NCBI GenBank assembly: GCA_002269645.1
Contig: NIVC01001708.1
Coordinates: forward strand, 1-64,000
Length of the DNA: 64,000 nucleotides
DNA from: Macrostomum lignano
Taxonomy: Eukaryota
Direction of reading: 5' to 3'
The number at the start of each line of letters is the position of its first letter. The stretch's first letter is position 1. The position numbers were made by a program, and so were the translations under genes. This document shows, in pieces, positions 11,365 to 23,971 of the stretch. The notes beneath the pieces were generated by a model that had not been told where the DNA came from, ran no database searches, and saw only the letters and a program-made list of their open reading frames with translations.

Positions 11365-13453
11365 AAAGCTTGATATGTCAAAATAAATGCCAGTCAATAA
11401 GGATCATTGTGATGCAGTTTTGTTGTAATACAGCTGATGGTTCAGAAATTTTAACAGTTTTTCTCAATTTTTGCTTGGGGTGTACTTATTTTCGTGCATG
11501 ACTGTATTGTCTAAATTGCTATGCACTTCAAAGGCCACATATAGCATGATTGCAAATGCAGCATTCAGCTACTTCTCCAGTGTCTATCAGGGTTAAAGAA
11601 TAGTAGTTACAATAGTACAGAGTTTACTAGCTATGGATATGGATACAGATAGGCTATGGGAAAAATTTCAAGATATGGCTATAGATGTAGATATGTGAAA
11701 AATTTGGTTATAGTAGAATTCTAGCTCTAATAATTTACTTATGCTAAAATTTATATATTAAGCTTGGTGATGATAAACTTTTGACTAGCAATTAGAGCAA
11801 GAGTGCTAGCTAAATAGTAATAAGCTTATTTGACCAATGTTAGCTATAAAATCATTTTTGTAATTATATACTTTTTTGTCTTGACTTTAAGGCCTAATTT
11901 TATTAAACAATAGGAAGGATATTCTAGAAGTTTTAAGACTTGGCTTTAAATTTAATGTAGTGTATTATCATTTAGTCTTCACAAATTTTATTACTTGATA
12001 TAGTCTACCTTTAGCTTGATATATATTTTTGGATATGATTGAATAATTGAAGAAGATTATTAATATAACTCTCTATTATAGTCAAGGTCTAAACTGTGCT
12101 AGACTGCTAACATGCCATATCATACTTGCATTGCTAGGGGCCAATCAGTGCCAAATTCTGCTTGCAATAATGGCTATTTACTACAGTACAAATACATTTT
12201 TAGCAAATAGGAATGCTAAAGTCTATACTATACTATATTATATTTTAAGGATATTTAAAGTTAAACCTAGTTAAAAGTTATTAAAACATAAATTTTAGCC
12301 ATAAAATTTGCAAATAGTTTAAAAAAATTAGTTTACTCTGCTTATACCAGATGAATAGCCAAGCGTGTAGCTTTCTTAGGCCATTTATTAGCAAGCTTTT
12401 TAGCAAACAAGCCTAGTAAGTAAGTCAATTTAATACATTAATATGGATTGTAATTCTTGATTCAATAAAATCAATGTGGATTATCAACATTTTATGTCTC
12501 CAAAGTCAAAGACAAGTCAGTCTTTCTTAAAGAATGTGCAAGCCTTTCACTATATAGCCTTTGAGCCTATATTAGTTTTATTATTGCTTTCTAAGTCTAA
12601 CCTGAACTTAAAATAACATTTAATGATCTACTAATAATAAAAAAAATTCTAGATATTAAAAAGACATCTAGGCACAAAATAGGGCCATGGTACATTGGAA
12701 TAGGTATTTTTTGCTGAAAAATCTACAAAAAATGACTGTAGATTCATGTTCAACATGGTTGAATTATCATGTGTAACCTTTCCTAAAAAGGTTCCCAATT
12801 AGGAAAATCATTTGTTTGTACTAATTTTTCTATAACTAAAGTACATTTTTGCATCTAATAGGCCCTCAGTTTTAGACATGATTCCAAATAATTTGTAGAA
12901 TTCTACTATAACTTAAATTTTCTTATATCCATATCTATAGTCAATTAATTAATTTCTTGTAACTTACTATGACTAGCATTACTGTTAAGTCTACTATAGT
13001 AGAATAAAGAGCAATGGCAACAGTTCAACCTAGTCCTAGTACTCATTAATATGTCTCATTTATTTATTGTACAAGAATAACTAGGACTGCATTTATCTTC
13101 TTGCAGATAATGCAGACTTTAGCCCCCCCCCCCTATTATCCCAACCATAATGTACATGTGGCATGAAAAACTCAGTTGCTTGAGTCTTTGACCCTAGAAA
13201 CCTAAGAGCTCCCCTTGAATTGGAATGGAAACATTCATCTTAAATAAAACCTCCCGCCACCCAATCTACACAATGTGCATGCTTGAGTCCCCAACCTCAG
13301 GGACTTGAGAGTTCCCCTCACACCCCCTCCATTAAATCAGGAGCTCCAATCATCTTTAAAGTCTCAGTGATTAAGTGGCCAATATTACTAGAAGTACATC
13401 CAAAATGGTAGTTAAAGTTGCCAATGACAATAATTAACACCGCATTGCCATGC

Positions 13454-14384
13454 ATGTTTAGCCGCATATTCAGTTGGTCAGGCTCAGCACAGACGCCGGA
13501 GCAGCAAGGACAGGAGCAGCAGTCTCAGGCATCATCACCTAACAGCAGCAGCGCCGGCGCCGTCATGCGTGTCCACCAATCGGCGATGCCGTCGTTTTCA
13601 ACTCGCAGCCGAACCTCCGAGTCCAAGTCGCTGTTTGTTGCCGCATTCGACGGACTGCGCTCGGCGTTCAGCCCGCGCCGCCAGGCAGAGCGGCAGCAGA
13701 GATTGGACGAGGCGGCTGGCCCGAGCAGTTGCTCAGAGCCGAGCACAAAACGGCCTAGACTGGCGGACAGTTCCGACGCCACCCAAGACTCGGCATCTCT
13801 GTCCATTGTCCAACGAGTCTACCTGCAAGGCCACCGGGTGCCGGCTCTGGAAGTTGCCGATGATAGCGACGCCGACGATGTTGTTATTGTTGAAGGCGGC
13901 GTCGCCGGCAAACAGAAACCAAAACAGTCGGCTTGTCGGCGGCGTAGTCGACGCCAGAGTCGCCAATGCCAGCCGCAGGAGCCGGCCGCTGGCGGTGGCA
14001 GAGCCGGCCGGTCGCTCATCGGCAAGTTCACCTACAGGCCGCGGGAAGCAGCCGACGGTATCACCGTCACTGACGAGGACGCCGCCTGCCTACGGCCTGG
14101 CGAATACTTCAACGATGTCATTGTTGATTTCTATCTAAAGTACATGCAGCACTGCCTATTGACGCCGGAGCAGCGCAGTAGGACCCACGTCTTCAATTGT
14201 TTCTTTTATAAGCGCCTGACCAGGCGGGTGGAGCCCGGCTTCATGACCGGCCAGCCTCTGGCTGTTCGGCGACACGCCTCAGTAGCCAAATGGACTCGAC
14301 GGGTCGACCTGTTTGACAAAGATTTCATCCTGGTGCCAATTAACGAGAGCTGTCACTGGTTCCTCGCGGTTATCTGCTTTCCTG
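13454..14384 (+). CDS. SENP6/7: SENP6/7-like SUMO protease (Ulp1/C48), first visible coding exon (start uncertain)
   Basis: CLRPGEYFNDVIVDFYLKY, FNCFFY, VAKWTRRVDLFDKDFILVPINESCHWFLAVICFP (catalytic His); donor G|GTTAG. Confidence 0.9.
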
Positions 14385-14591
14385 GTTAGATTTTTGCTTG
14401 ATTTTGAACTATCGTTAATTTTACGGATATAGTCGCATCATGGTGCTCGTAGTTACCTGGTGCCACCTGTTGAAGGTCCAGAAGCTCCTTAATTTAATTA
14501 AAGCTATTCGCTACTTTTAAAAAATAAAACCTATCTCGGAAAGCTATTTTCTAAGAAATCAGGTGTCCAACTCCATTTTCTTCTCGCTCAG

Positions 14592-14808
14592 AGCTGGTCG
14601 GCACTGTGGACTACTCAACCATGCTCAGCCCTCGGCTCGGCAGGCGGCGCAATCAAAACGTCGATGACAGGGCCGCGGCGCAGGAGGCGGCCGCCGAACT
14701 AGTTGGGACTCGAGCCGAGGACGGCACCCTCCGACTGCCATGCATCTTGGTATTCGACAGTCTGTCCGGCACTGCGGCAAGGACGCCTAATGTCACTGCG
14801 CTGCGAGA
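14592..14808 (+). CDS. SENP6/7: SENP6/7-like protease, exon 2
   Basis: Acceptor ctcag|, phase matches exon 1; PCILVFDSL (catalytic Asp); donor GA|GTGAGT. Confidence 0.9.
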
Positions 14809-14869
14809 GTGAGTTCTCTGCGCATCCCTGTACCTGTCAGATCCAATCTTATTCCTCCTGTATCTGTCC

Positions 14870-15225
14870 TGTATCTAGCCAGATCCCATATCCAGCATCC
14901 TCTAGCCAGATCCCACATCCTCTAGCCAGATCCCATATCCCCTCACCAGATCTCATATCCCACATCCTCTAGCCAGATCCCATATCCCCTCACCAGATCT
15001 CATATCCCACATCCTCTAGCCAGATCCCATATCCCCTCGCCAGATCCTATATCCCACATCCTCTAGCCAGATCCAATATCTCATAGCCAGATCCCATATC
15101 CCACATCCCCTAGCCAGATCCCATATCCCCTAGCCAGATCCTATATCCCACATCCCCTAGCCAGATCCCATATCCCACATCCTCTAGCCAGATCCCATAT
15201 CCCCTAGCCAGATCCCATCCAACAG
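14870..15225. repeat. Intronic minisatellite (ctagccagatcccatatccc[acatcct], ~20-27 bp units)
   Basis: Tandem copies fill SENP intron 2. Confidence 0.9.
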
Positions 15226-15249
15226 CCAGACGCCCGCCCTATCCCGCAG

Positions 15250-15625
15250 CTACCTGCAGGTCGAGTGGGACACGAAGCGCGCCGCCCGGGACGGCAAGCG
15301 GCAGTTCAACAAGGACACGATCCGCGGCTACAGTCCGGTGGTGCCGCAGCAGCCGAACGCGGTGGACTGCGGGCCGTACATGCTGCACTACGCAGAGATG
15401 CTATTCCGCAAGCCTATCCAACAGTTCACTATGCACTATTTTGAGAACCAGATGCGAGACTGGTTCCAACACGAAGAGATTGACAACAAGCGCTCCGAGA
15501 TAAAGCGGCTATTGGTGCAACTGTACCAGAAGATCGGTCCGGACCCTTCGGCCCCGGCGGCCGACCGACAGGAGGATTCGGGCAGCGATGGAGCTAGCGA
15601 AGTTCGAATCACGGCGGCTGGCTGA
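15250..15625 (+). CDS. SENP6/7: SENP6/7-like protease, last exon
   Basis: Acceptor cccgcag|; (D)YLQVEW...VPQQPNAVDCGPYML (oxyanion Gln and catalytic Cys); stop TGA; AATAAA at ~15922. Confidence 0.92.
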
Positions 15626-17626
15626 GTTTAGTTTATCGCCAGCTAGCGGATGGACAATTTTAATTTGTTTGCCCTTTTGTAGAACCTTGGAAAATTTTGC
15701 TATAGTTATTTTTCGTCTACTGTGAGTAGTGCATAAATTATTTTGCGTTTAAGTAGCGATCTGCATTTGCTGTGCGACAGACGAATCCTTATATACTACT
15801 GTATTGAGGGTTACCTATATCGCTCTAGCCTGTGCCATTATTATTAACTATATCGGTATGAATTTGAATAATTAATGCAGTGTGCATTACGCTGTACGAC
15901 GATATCAACTTAGCTAATAATAATAAAGTCTGGGCTGATAATTTGCTGTAAAGAAAATTGAAAATCTTCTAGTTGGTCTTTCTGTACCAGTCTTTTTTAG
16001 TTTATCTTGCATAAGTGGGTTTTAGCCCTCAGATTTATCAATATGGACATTATAGGTAGCAATTACGCGCATTAACCATTTTTTAAACTTGTGTCTATGG
16101 TTGAACGTCATATAATTAAATAGAATCAAATTGACATTCGTAAACGCTCACTCGTGTGTCTATGGCAAAAAGCACTCGTTAGCGGTAAGAATCTTTACAG
16201 GTCTTGGCCATAGATGGTGTTTTGGCCATAGACATGCTCAATCATGAACACAGATTGTCTATGGTTCAGCAAAATAAGATAAGATACGTTTGCCAAAGTA
16301 ATGCAGCTTTTGTCTATGGCTTTGTCGATTCTCGTTTCGCCGAAATTAAAGTCCATGGTAAAAAGTCTAGCTAGTGGTATATATATATGGTAGGAGGTTG
16401 TGAAATACAAAAATGCCGATTGAAATCGTTTCTGGTGGCTTGAAATTGAAATTAGTGTAGTTGTCTATGGTCTAATGTCCAGATGGTTATGAAATTAATT
16501 TCGGCGAAATGAGAGGTACCCGATCGAGCCATTTCTCAACAACTTGCACATGATCTGCGCAAAATAGTAGAGCTTTTTACAGCCTAGTTGGGCTTGCGTG
16601 CATTGATTTTAATGCAAGATACGTTTGCCGAAGTAATGCAGCTCTGTCTATGGCTTAAATATCCGTGATTGACTGATCGAGCCATTCGACAAACTTGCTT
16701 TCTCGCAACAGTCCGCGGGCTGTTGCGTACCGCTGGAATACCGGCGCCTTGCAACCTTGCAATGTCCTTTGGGTGTTCACCTCCGTAGAGTACTTCGATC
16801 ACAAGCCTTGCGAATGGCGTTCGTTAAACAGCCTAGCATAGGGTCTACGATTCTGGGGTTGATCTTGCTTCTCCGCAGCAGTTGCAATTTGCAAATTAAG
16901 TATTGCTTTCATCCTCACTGCTTGTGACAGTCATGTCTAAGTTAAAATCCTGGAATGAAACTATAGACTAGAGCCACTGGACCAAATTGATATTTGTTGG
17001 ACCAAATTAAACGCTGCTGTGCATCTTTGCGACCATAGACAAAATCTCCATACTTTGAAAAACATATCTTTTATCTTTTAATTTAAACATAACAAATGGG
17101 CTACAAAAAGTTGTACTCCAATCCCCAGCCTGAGCCATAGACTGCGATAATAAGTGAATAAGAGTCGAAAAAGACGGATTTCATCCAGTTAAAAAATGCC
17201 AGAAAACTCTGCAGCAAATTTGCTATTTCGATTGTACTAGCCGGCATTCTCAGTGTTTGTTAGTCAACTATGAACTATAATCATATTTATTTAATTAATT
17301 TGTTTATACTGATTGCAGTCTAATAACAACCGGGGAATAATTGCATGTCATGCCAGGCATTCGTTACTAAACATATTGGTTACGTGGATCTACTATACTA
17401 AAAATGCCTTATTCTCTACTACTACACAGTAGTTCATAGTAGGCAAAGTATTTTCAAATAGAAAAAAGTCAAAAAACCGCCGCTCTGTGAGCTCAGTTTC
17501 GGATGAAATGGCATAAGCCATAAGGCTACAAAACTAGCGGCGATGCGACTTGAACACAAAATCCTGACGGTTTTTAGACAAACTAAGGTTATGCATACGG
17601 ATGGCTACCCAGAATAATATCAATGA

Positions 17627-17975
17627 AGCCGGGGATGACTGGAGTCCTAAGCTTCAGGGCGGTTGGAGATCTGGAGTCCATGAGGCTTCAGGGTGGTTGG
17701 ATAATTGGAATCTATGAAGCTTGAGGGATGGTTGGATAATTTGGAGTCCATGAAGCTTCAAGAGGGTTGGATAATTGAAGTCCATGAAGCTTCAGGGAGG
17801 GTTGGATAATTTAAATCTATGAAGCTTCAGGGATGGTTGGATAATTGAGTCCATGAAGCTTCAGGGAGAGTTGGATAATTGGAGTCCATGAAGCTTCAGG
17901 GAGAGTTGGATAATTGGAGTCCATGAAGCTTCAGGGAGAGTTGGATAATTGGAAGCTATGAAGCCTCAGGGAGGG
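17627..17975. repeat. 35-bp minisatellite (ccatgaagcttcagggagagttggataattggagt), ~10 copies
   Basis: Head-to-tail degenerate copies with no spacers. Confidence 0.9.
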
Positions 17976-18769
17976 TTGCGCAATCTGTCAGTTCACAGAT
18001 AGAAACATCTGGGAACTGGGAATAGTTATAAAAAGCCTATTTTTCTCATCAAAGTCGTGATTCTCTGGCACTCATCTAGCCGTCAGAAAAAAATTGGAAT
18101 GCAGAAGATTTCGGACATTATTAAAAATTTACATATTAAATACAGGTAAACTAAACCAATATACGCTAAGAGGGTAAAAGTGAAAAAAATAACAAACTTA
18201 ATTCGCGCAGGTAAGAAATTTAGAAATTTAGCACAGATTACAATAAAAATGTACAACACAAAGCGCTGGTAATTGTGAGCAACAGTAACCTGATTCATTA
18301 TCATTTCGATCTGGCTGTGATAGTGACACGGTAAAAATGAGAACCTGAATCTGATTGACTGCGAGCTAGAAAATATATAAGCGAAAATCTACTTAAAATA
18401 TGACAAAAAGCAAGATCTACTACTTTTGAAGGCTCAAATCCTTTTCAGCAAAAGATAGCTAGCAGAAATATTATTCTCTCGGACCTGAATACCCTACCTA
18501 GAAATACTCGAGCCTTCAAAAATTCCAAGAAATGATCTAGCAACCTTGAAAGTAATTAATTCATTACTAGACTCTTTGTTTGTACAATCAGCAGTTAACT
18601 ATTAAAATATTTGCATTCTGAGATCAACATTTACAATACCGAATGCCTGGATAAATATATACACTATCTAATTAGCTCGTACTACGCAAAATAGGATTCA
18701 ATTCAAAATGAACAAAAGGTAAAATTTAGTCTCTAAGGAGACAGTTTTTATTCCCGTGTATCATCTATT

Positions 18770-19425
18770 CCTTTCCATGTCTAATCTCTCCCTTCCTGTG
18801 TCTCATCTCTCCCCTCCCTGCTGTGTCTCATCTCTCCCCTCCCTGCTGTGTCTCATCTCTCCCCTCCCTGCCGTGTCTCATCTCTCCCTTCACGTGTCTT
18901 ATCTCTCCCCGTGTCTCATCTCTCCCTTCCCGTGTCTCATCTCTCCCTTCCTGTGTCTCATCTCTCCCCTCCCTGCTGTGTCTCATCTGTCCCCTCCCTG
19001 CCGTGTCTTATCTCTCCCTTTCCGTGTCTTATCTCTCCCTTTCCGTGTCTCATTTCTCCTTCCCGTGTCTCATCTCTCCCTTCCCGTGTCTTATCTCTCC
19101 CCTCCCTTCCCGTGTCTCATCTCTCCTTTTCCGTGTCTCATCTCTCCCTTTCCGTGTCTCATCTCTCCCTTCCCGTGTCTTATCTCTCCCCTCCCTTCCC
19201 GTGTCTCATCTCTCCTTTCCCGTGTCTTATCTCTCCCTTCCCGTTTCTCATCTCTCCCTTCCCGTTTCTCATCTCTCCCTTCCCGTGTCTCATCTCTCCC
19301 TTCCCGTGTCTCATCTCTCCCTTCCCGTGTCTTATCTCTTCCTTCCCGTGTCTCATCTCTCCCTTCCCGTGTCTTATCTCTTCCTTCCCGTGCCTCATTT
19401 TTCCCTCCCGTGTCACATCTCTCCC
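18770..19425. repeat. ~21-bp pyrimidine-rich minisatellite (cccgtgtctcatctctccctt)
   Basis: Tandem array; explains the low-complexity ORFs in all frames. Confidence 0.92.
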
Positions 19426-20171
19426 CTTTGTAATTTTTTTATTTTCATTTTGGCATCAATATTTCTATGAAAAATGGAACAATAAAAGTTTCTAGGAATA
19501 TTGGAAAAAAAACAATTAATTTGTGTATTTTTTACCTTGCTAAGGCTTTAACCTGTCACATCAACATGTTTAATTCAAGGACTTCTAGACTAACAGGACG
19601 TAAAACTCAAAGATCGTGCAATTTTTTAGAGGCCACGATTTCCTGGAAAAAATACACTGCGGAGATAGGAAAAAATCAGTTTTTTGTCACAAAAGCAGTG
19701 ATTGTATTTGATCTGGGGCAGTGAAGACTACCATTCTTTTAATTTAACATGCACAACATGTTACTCTATTATATTTTCATATAGCTGTGTATTGAAGTTT
19801 TCATTTTCATGTTGTTTTTACTTCATTTCATAAGCCCAAAGTTGCAAATACTCACAAGTGGCATTAGCCAAACTTTTTGTGCTGTTCCTTTTTTGAATCA
19901 AGTATATTTGTAATAAAAACTGTGCATGTAGGTACTCTTAATCTTTTATTGTAGATATAGTTCCATTTCAATGCATATATTAGGCCTAGTAACTATTTAA
20001 TTCCTAGATATTATATTCCAATAATATATAATATGATATAAGAGTTACTATTATAGTTAATAGCTCAATTAGTTTTTATTTACTATAGGAGGTATAGATT
20101 TAATAAGTTAAACTATAAGGTCAATAAAAGTCCTTCATTTATAAAAATCATAATTGTATATTATTATTATA

Positions 20172-21517
20172 CGAGGTGTATTCAAAAAGTTCTTTTCGGT
20201 GCCCTACAAAACTGAACACAAAACAACTGGAACTATGAAAACACTGTTAGATTGCTTAACATGATTCGGTCACTCAACATATTCACCGCCAATGTCTTTG
20301 CACTTCTGCCAGCGATTTACCAGGCCTCTGATTCCGGAACTCACACCACTCGCGTCCGTTTGGCGAACAGCTTGATTGCATGCAGCCTCGATGTGCTCGA
20401 CGCTGTCGAATCGAATGCCCCGAAGGTGCTTCTTCACAGATGGAAATAAGAAGAAGTCGCACGGCGACAAATCAGGCGAATAGGCTGGATGTTGGAGCAC
20501 TTCCCATCCCCATTTGCTCAGGAGTTCCACGACGTTGTGCTTGCGATGTGCTGGCGCATTGTCGTGCAGCAGGATCACGCCAGATTCCAGCAGATCAGGG
20601 CGCTTCTTTCGTATTGCTGGGCGCAGCTTCTCCTGCAGAATCCACTTGTAGTAGTCCCCATTGACGGTGGTTCCTTGTGGGACTGCCCAGTTCAGCAGGA
20701 TTCCTTGGGAATCAAAAAACATGACGTGCATGATCTTCATCGCGCCCTGCTTCCTGATGGCCTTCTGAGGTCTTGGAGAATGTGCTGGAAGCCATTCGGC
20801 AGACTGGGCCTTTGTCTCAGGATCCCAGCTGTAAACCCACGTCTCGTCTCCAGCTACAATTCTTGATAGAAAATCCTCCCCTTCTCGATGGAACCGACGC
20901 AGGTGGCTGCTTGAAGCCACAGTTCGCTGCATCTTTTGCTCACCTGTCAGCAGGTGTGGCACCCACTTGCAAAACTTTTTCTGCAGGTGAAGACGCTCCG
21001 TCAGAATGGTGTGGACGCTTCCTACTGACACACCAACGTCTTCTGCCAACTCTTCGCAAGTCCGTCGCCGATCATCATCCAGGAGCTCTTGCACTTTCTT
21101 CACAACAGTCTCGTTGGTTGCAGTCATCGGCCTTCCAGAGCGATCATTGTCCTCAACGCTCTCTCTTCCCTCAGCGAACAGCCGGTACCATTTTCGAACT
21201 GTCTGCTCAGTTGGTGCACATTTGCCAAGCACTTGCTGAAGCTCCCTAAACATATCCGGTGGCTTTTTTCCTTGCAGAAACTGAAACTTCATCAAGCTTC
21301 GAACGTCTTGCTTTGAAAATGATTCAGCCATGGCCAAGAAATTGAGTGGTAGCTGATAGAAATGTTCGCTGCTCTAACATAGTTGCAAACTGAGACTTAA
21401 AACCCTAGGAACGTTTAGGCCATAGACATAACTTGGTGAAATCGCTAAAATTCTGTTTACAAGGCTTTTTAAAAATAAATGCCAAAGGACCGAAAAGAAC
21501 TTTTTGAATACACCTCG
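20172..21517 (-). mobile_element. Mariner (Tc1/mariner DD34D) transposon nested in the foldback element
   Basis: Perfect 29-bp TIRs CGAGGTGTATTCAAAAAGTTCTTTTCGGT, TA duplication, 1346 bp. Confidence 0.97.
20270..21331 (-). CDS. Mariner transposase, intact (353 aa from ATG)
   Basis: WVPHLL, AGDETW, LHDNAPAH, YSPDLSPCDF; 34 residues between the 2nd and 3rd Asp. Confidence 0.96.
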   Translation of the reverse strand: MAESFSKQDVRSLMKFQFLQGKKPPDMFRELQQVLGKCAPTEQTVRKWYRLFAEGRESVEDNDRSGRPMTATNETVVKKVQELLDDDRRRTCEELAEDVGVSVGSVHTILTERLHLQKKFCKWVPHLLTGEQKMQRTVASSSHLRRFHREGEDFLSRIVAGDETWVYSWDPETKAQSAEWLPAHSPRPQKAIRKQGAMKIMHVMFFDSQGILLNWAVPQGTTVNGDYYKWILQEKLRPAIRKKRPDLLESGVILLHDNAPAHRKHNVVELLSKWGWEVLQHPAYSPDLSPCDFFLFPSVKKHLRGIRFDSVEHIEAACNQAVRQTDASGVSSGIRGLVNRWQKCKDIGGEYVE

Positions 21518-22477
21518 TATTAATGATTTAGACAGATAGATATTACCATTTTTATTTCTCTCTCTTCTTTCTTCTCTTTAGCTAGAATCATGTTTAAAAA
21601 AATTAAAAACTGAAATAAATTAGGCCTATAAATTGTAAATGTAAGTATACCCCACTTATTAAGAAGATTTTGGAATCCATAGATCAAATATCATTATACA
21701 TTAGGCAAGAAAATGAATAAGACAAACATGCCTTGTATTCAGTCATTTTAGTTAGGGCCTATTTTACCAATAAACGGATGTGTGATTCCATATATAAAGC
21801 CTAATTTTCAAGAATCTTTGATAGGTCTTAGACTCATAACTCTTAGACATTATACCTAGTAGTAATAGTAGACAGGTATAACTAATACTAGTAGGCCTAG
21901 TATAGTTACTAACTGTACAATAAAAGATTAAGAGTACCTACATGCACAGTTTTTATTACAAATATACTTGATTCAAAAAAGGAACAGCACAAAAAGTTTG
22001 GCTAATGCCACTTGTGAGTATTTGCAACTTTGGGCTTATGAAATGAAGTAAAAACAACATGAAAATGAAAACTTCAATACACAGCTATATGAAAATATAA
22101 TAGAGTAACATGTTGTGCATGTTAAATTAAAAGAATGGTAGTCTTCACTGCCCCAGATCAAATACAATCACTGCTTTTGTGACAAAAAACTGATTTTTTC
22201 CTATCTCCGCAGTGTATTTTTTCCAGGAAATCGTGGCCTCTAAAAAATTGCACGATCTTTGAGTTTCACGTCCTGTTAGTCTAGAAGTCCTTGGTTTAAT
22301 TTTGTAACAACCTTGCAAAAAGAATCATATAAAGTGCAACTGATCCAGAATTATGAGCAATTGTAGTTTATTAGCAGCATACAGACAAGCGAAACCTCAT
22401 ATTTTGAAAAAATCCCCTTGCGCCACTTGTTAGTAGAACTGCTCGCTACGCAAACAACAATTAAATGCGCTTCGAGC

Positions 22478-23087
22478 TCAAACCTCAGACGGATGCAGCC
22501 GTTTGGCATCGGAGTCGCCGCTGGCGCTGTCCAGCACGTCGCAGACAAATCCGGCAGTCTCATTTCGCAGGCCGGCCTCTCTAGCCGGATCTGAGTCGAT
22601 GCCAGCCAGATAGGCATGGCTGAGCAGCCAGTCGAACCGACATCGCTGCTCGTGATTCTTCTCCAGACAGCGCGACAGGAAGCCGGGCAGCTGGGCGTCG
22701 AACCTGGCGACAGACTCAGCCGGCAGGGCTGGCGGCGGGTCGTCAACTATACGGCGGTTGAGCTCGAACGGGCCGGTGACGGGGCCGTAGGGGTAGCTGC
22801 CGGTGGCCAGCTCGACCAGGCTGACGCCCAGAGACCAGACGTCGGCCGCCGAGGTGAAGCCTTCGGGTCGGTGCAGCGAGGAGGCGTCGAGGCCGTCGCC
22901 GCCTTCGGCTCTGGAGGACTGCGTTTCCTTCTGCTGGGCTGGCGGCAGGATCCGTTCGGGCGCCAGGTACAACTCGCAGCCGACGTTCGACTTGGCGATG
23001 CTGTTGTCGAGGAAGCCGGCGATGCCGAAGTCGCACATTTTCACCTGGCCTGACCGGCTGGCCAGCATGTTGCTGGGCTTCACGTCT
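22478..23087 (-). CDS. MAP2K (MKK3/6/4-like), last exon
   Basis: (HR)DVKPSN, DFG, SIAKS activation loop, APERI, DVWSLG; acceptor gctaacgcgcag|. Confidence 0.92.
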
Positions 23088-23179
23088 CTGCGCGTTAGCG
23101 GCGGCGGGGAAGAGAATAAGGATAATGGGATGAGCATTCTCGGGTCAGCAAAATCTCCCTGTGATGATTACGAAAATTT

Positions 23180-23535
23180 CAAAATCTTGACCTATTTGAT
23201 TGCAAATCTTTCAAACTCTCACCTTTTTATTGTAGATCCTTCAAATCTCACCCTATTTTATTGTTGATTTTTCAAAATCTCACCCTATTTTATTGTTGAT
23301 TTTTCAAAATCTCACCCTATTTTATTGTTGATTTTTCAAAATCTCACCCTATTTTATTGGTAATCTTTTAAAATCTCACCCTAGTTTATTGTAGATCCTT
23401 CAAATCTCAACTTATTTTATTTTAAATCTTTCAAAATCTCACCCTACTTAATGTGAATCTTTCAAAATCTCACCCTACTTAATGTGAATCTTTCAAAATC
23501 TCACCCAATTTTCATATAAATCTTTCAAAATCTCA
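23180..23535. repeat. ~32-bp intronic minisatellite (caaaatctcaccctattttattgttgattttt)
   Basis: About 11 degenerate copies in the MAP2K intron. Confidence 0.88.
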
Positions 23536-23642
23536 CTGTGAATTATGCTTCAAAAATCAAAATCCGACTACAGTAAATGCAAAGGACAAACAATCTTCAC
23601 TCTAAGCATCAGGACTAAACAACTGGAACAAGAGCAGCCAAC

Positions 23643-23971
23643 CTGTGCATCACATTGATACTCCGCATGTAACTCAACGCTCGCAGCACAGAATAGGCCA
23701 CGTAGCGCAGTACAGAGTCTGAGAAGGGCAGATCAACTACCGGATTGTAAGCGGTGAGGTACAGCTGCCTGAGAGAGGCGTCCATCAGCTCCATCAGAAT
23801 CAGAATATCGCCCTCGTGAAACATGGCTCCATAAAAGTACACGGCGAACGGGCACTCAACGGCCCGGCGGAGTACGTTGATTTCGCGAAGCTGCAGCTCG
23901 TGCTCGCGGGCGTCGCTGGACCGGCGGAGATACTTCAGCGCAAAGTGGCATCTCGTGCCCGGGTGCCACAC
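23643..23971 (-). CDS. MAP2K internal exon (subdomains II-VIb)
   Basis: FALK, ECPFAVYFYGAMFHEGDILILMELMDASL, VMHR; splice phases match the neighbouring exons. Confidence 0.92.

Larger units (their letters stand above)
19576..22293. mobile_element. Non-autonomous foldback DNA transposon, P-superfamily-like
   Basis: 378-bp TIRs (19576-19953 / 21916-22293, one mismatch seen), CAAGG termini (CANRG), 8-bp TSD GTTTAATT (19568-75, 22294-301). Confidence 0.85.

Noticed and set aside
17627-17975. 35-bp, 28-bp and 22-bp repeats as CRISPR arrays
   Set aside because: Head-to-tail units with no unique spacers, no cas genes, eukaryotic context
17353-18650. Possible MITE bounded by CCAGGCATTCG/CGAATGCCTGG
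   Set aside because: Only 11 bp of inverted match and no target-site duplication
18756-19495. 215-225 aa ORFs (SLPSRVS, PCLISPF)
   Set aside because: Translations of a 21-bp minisatellite
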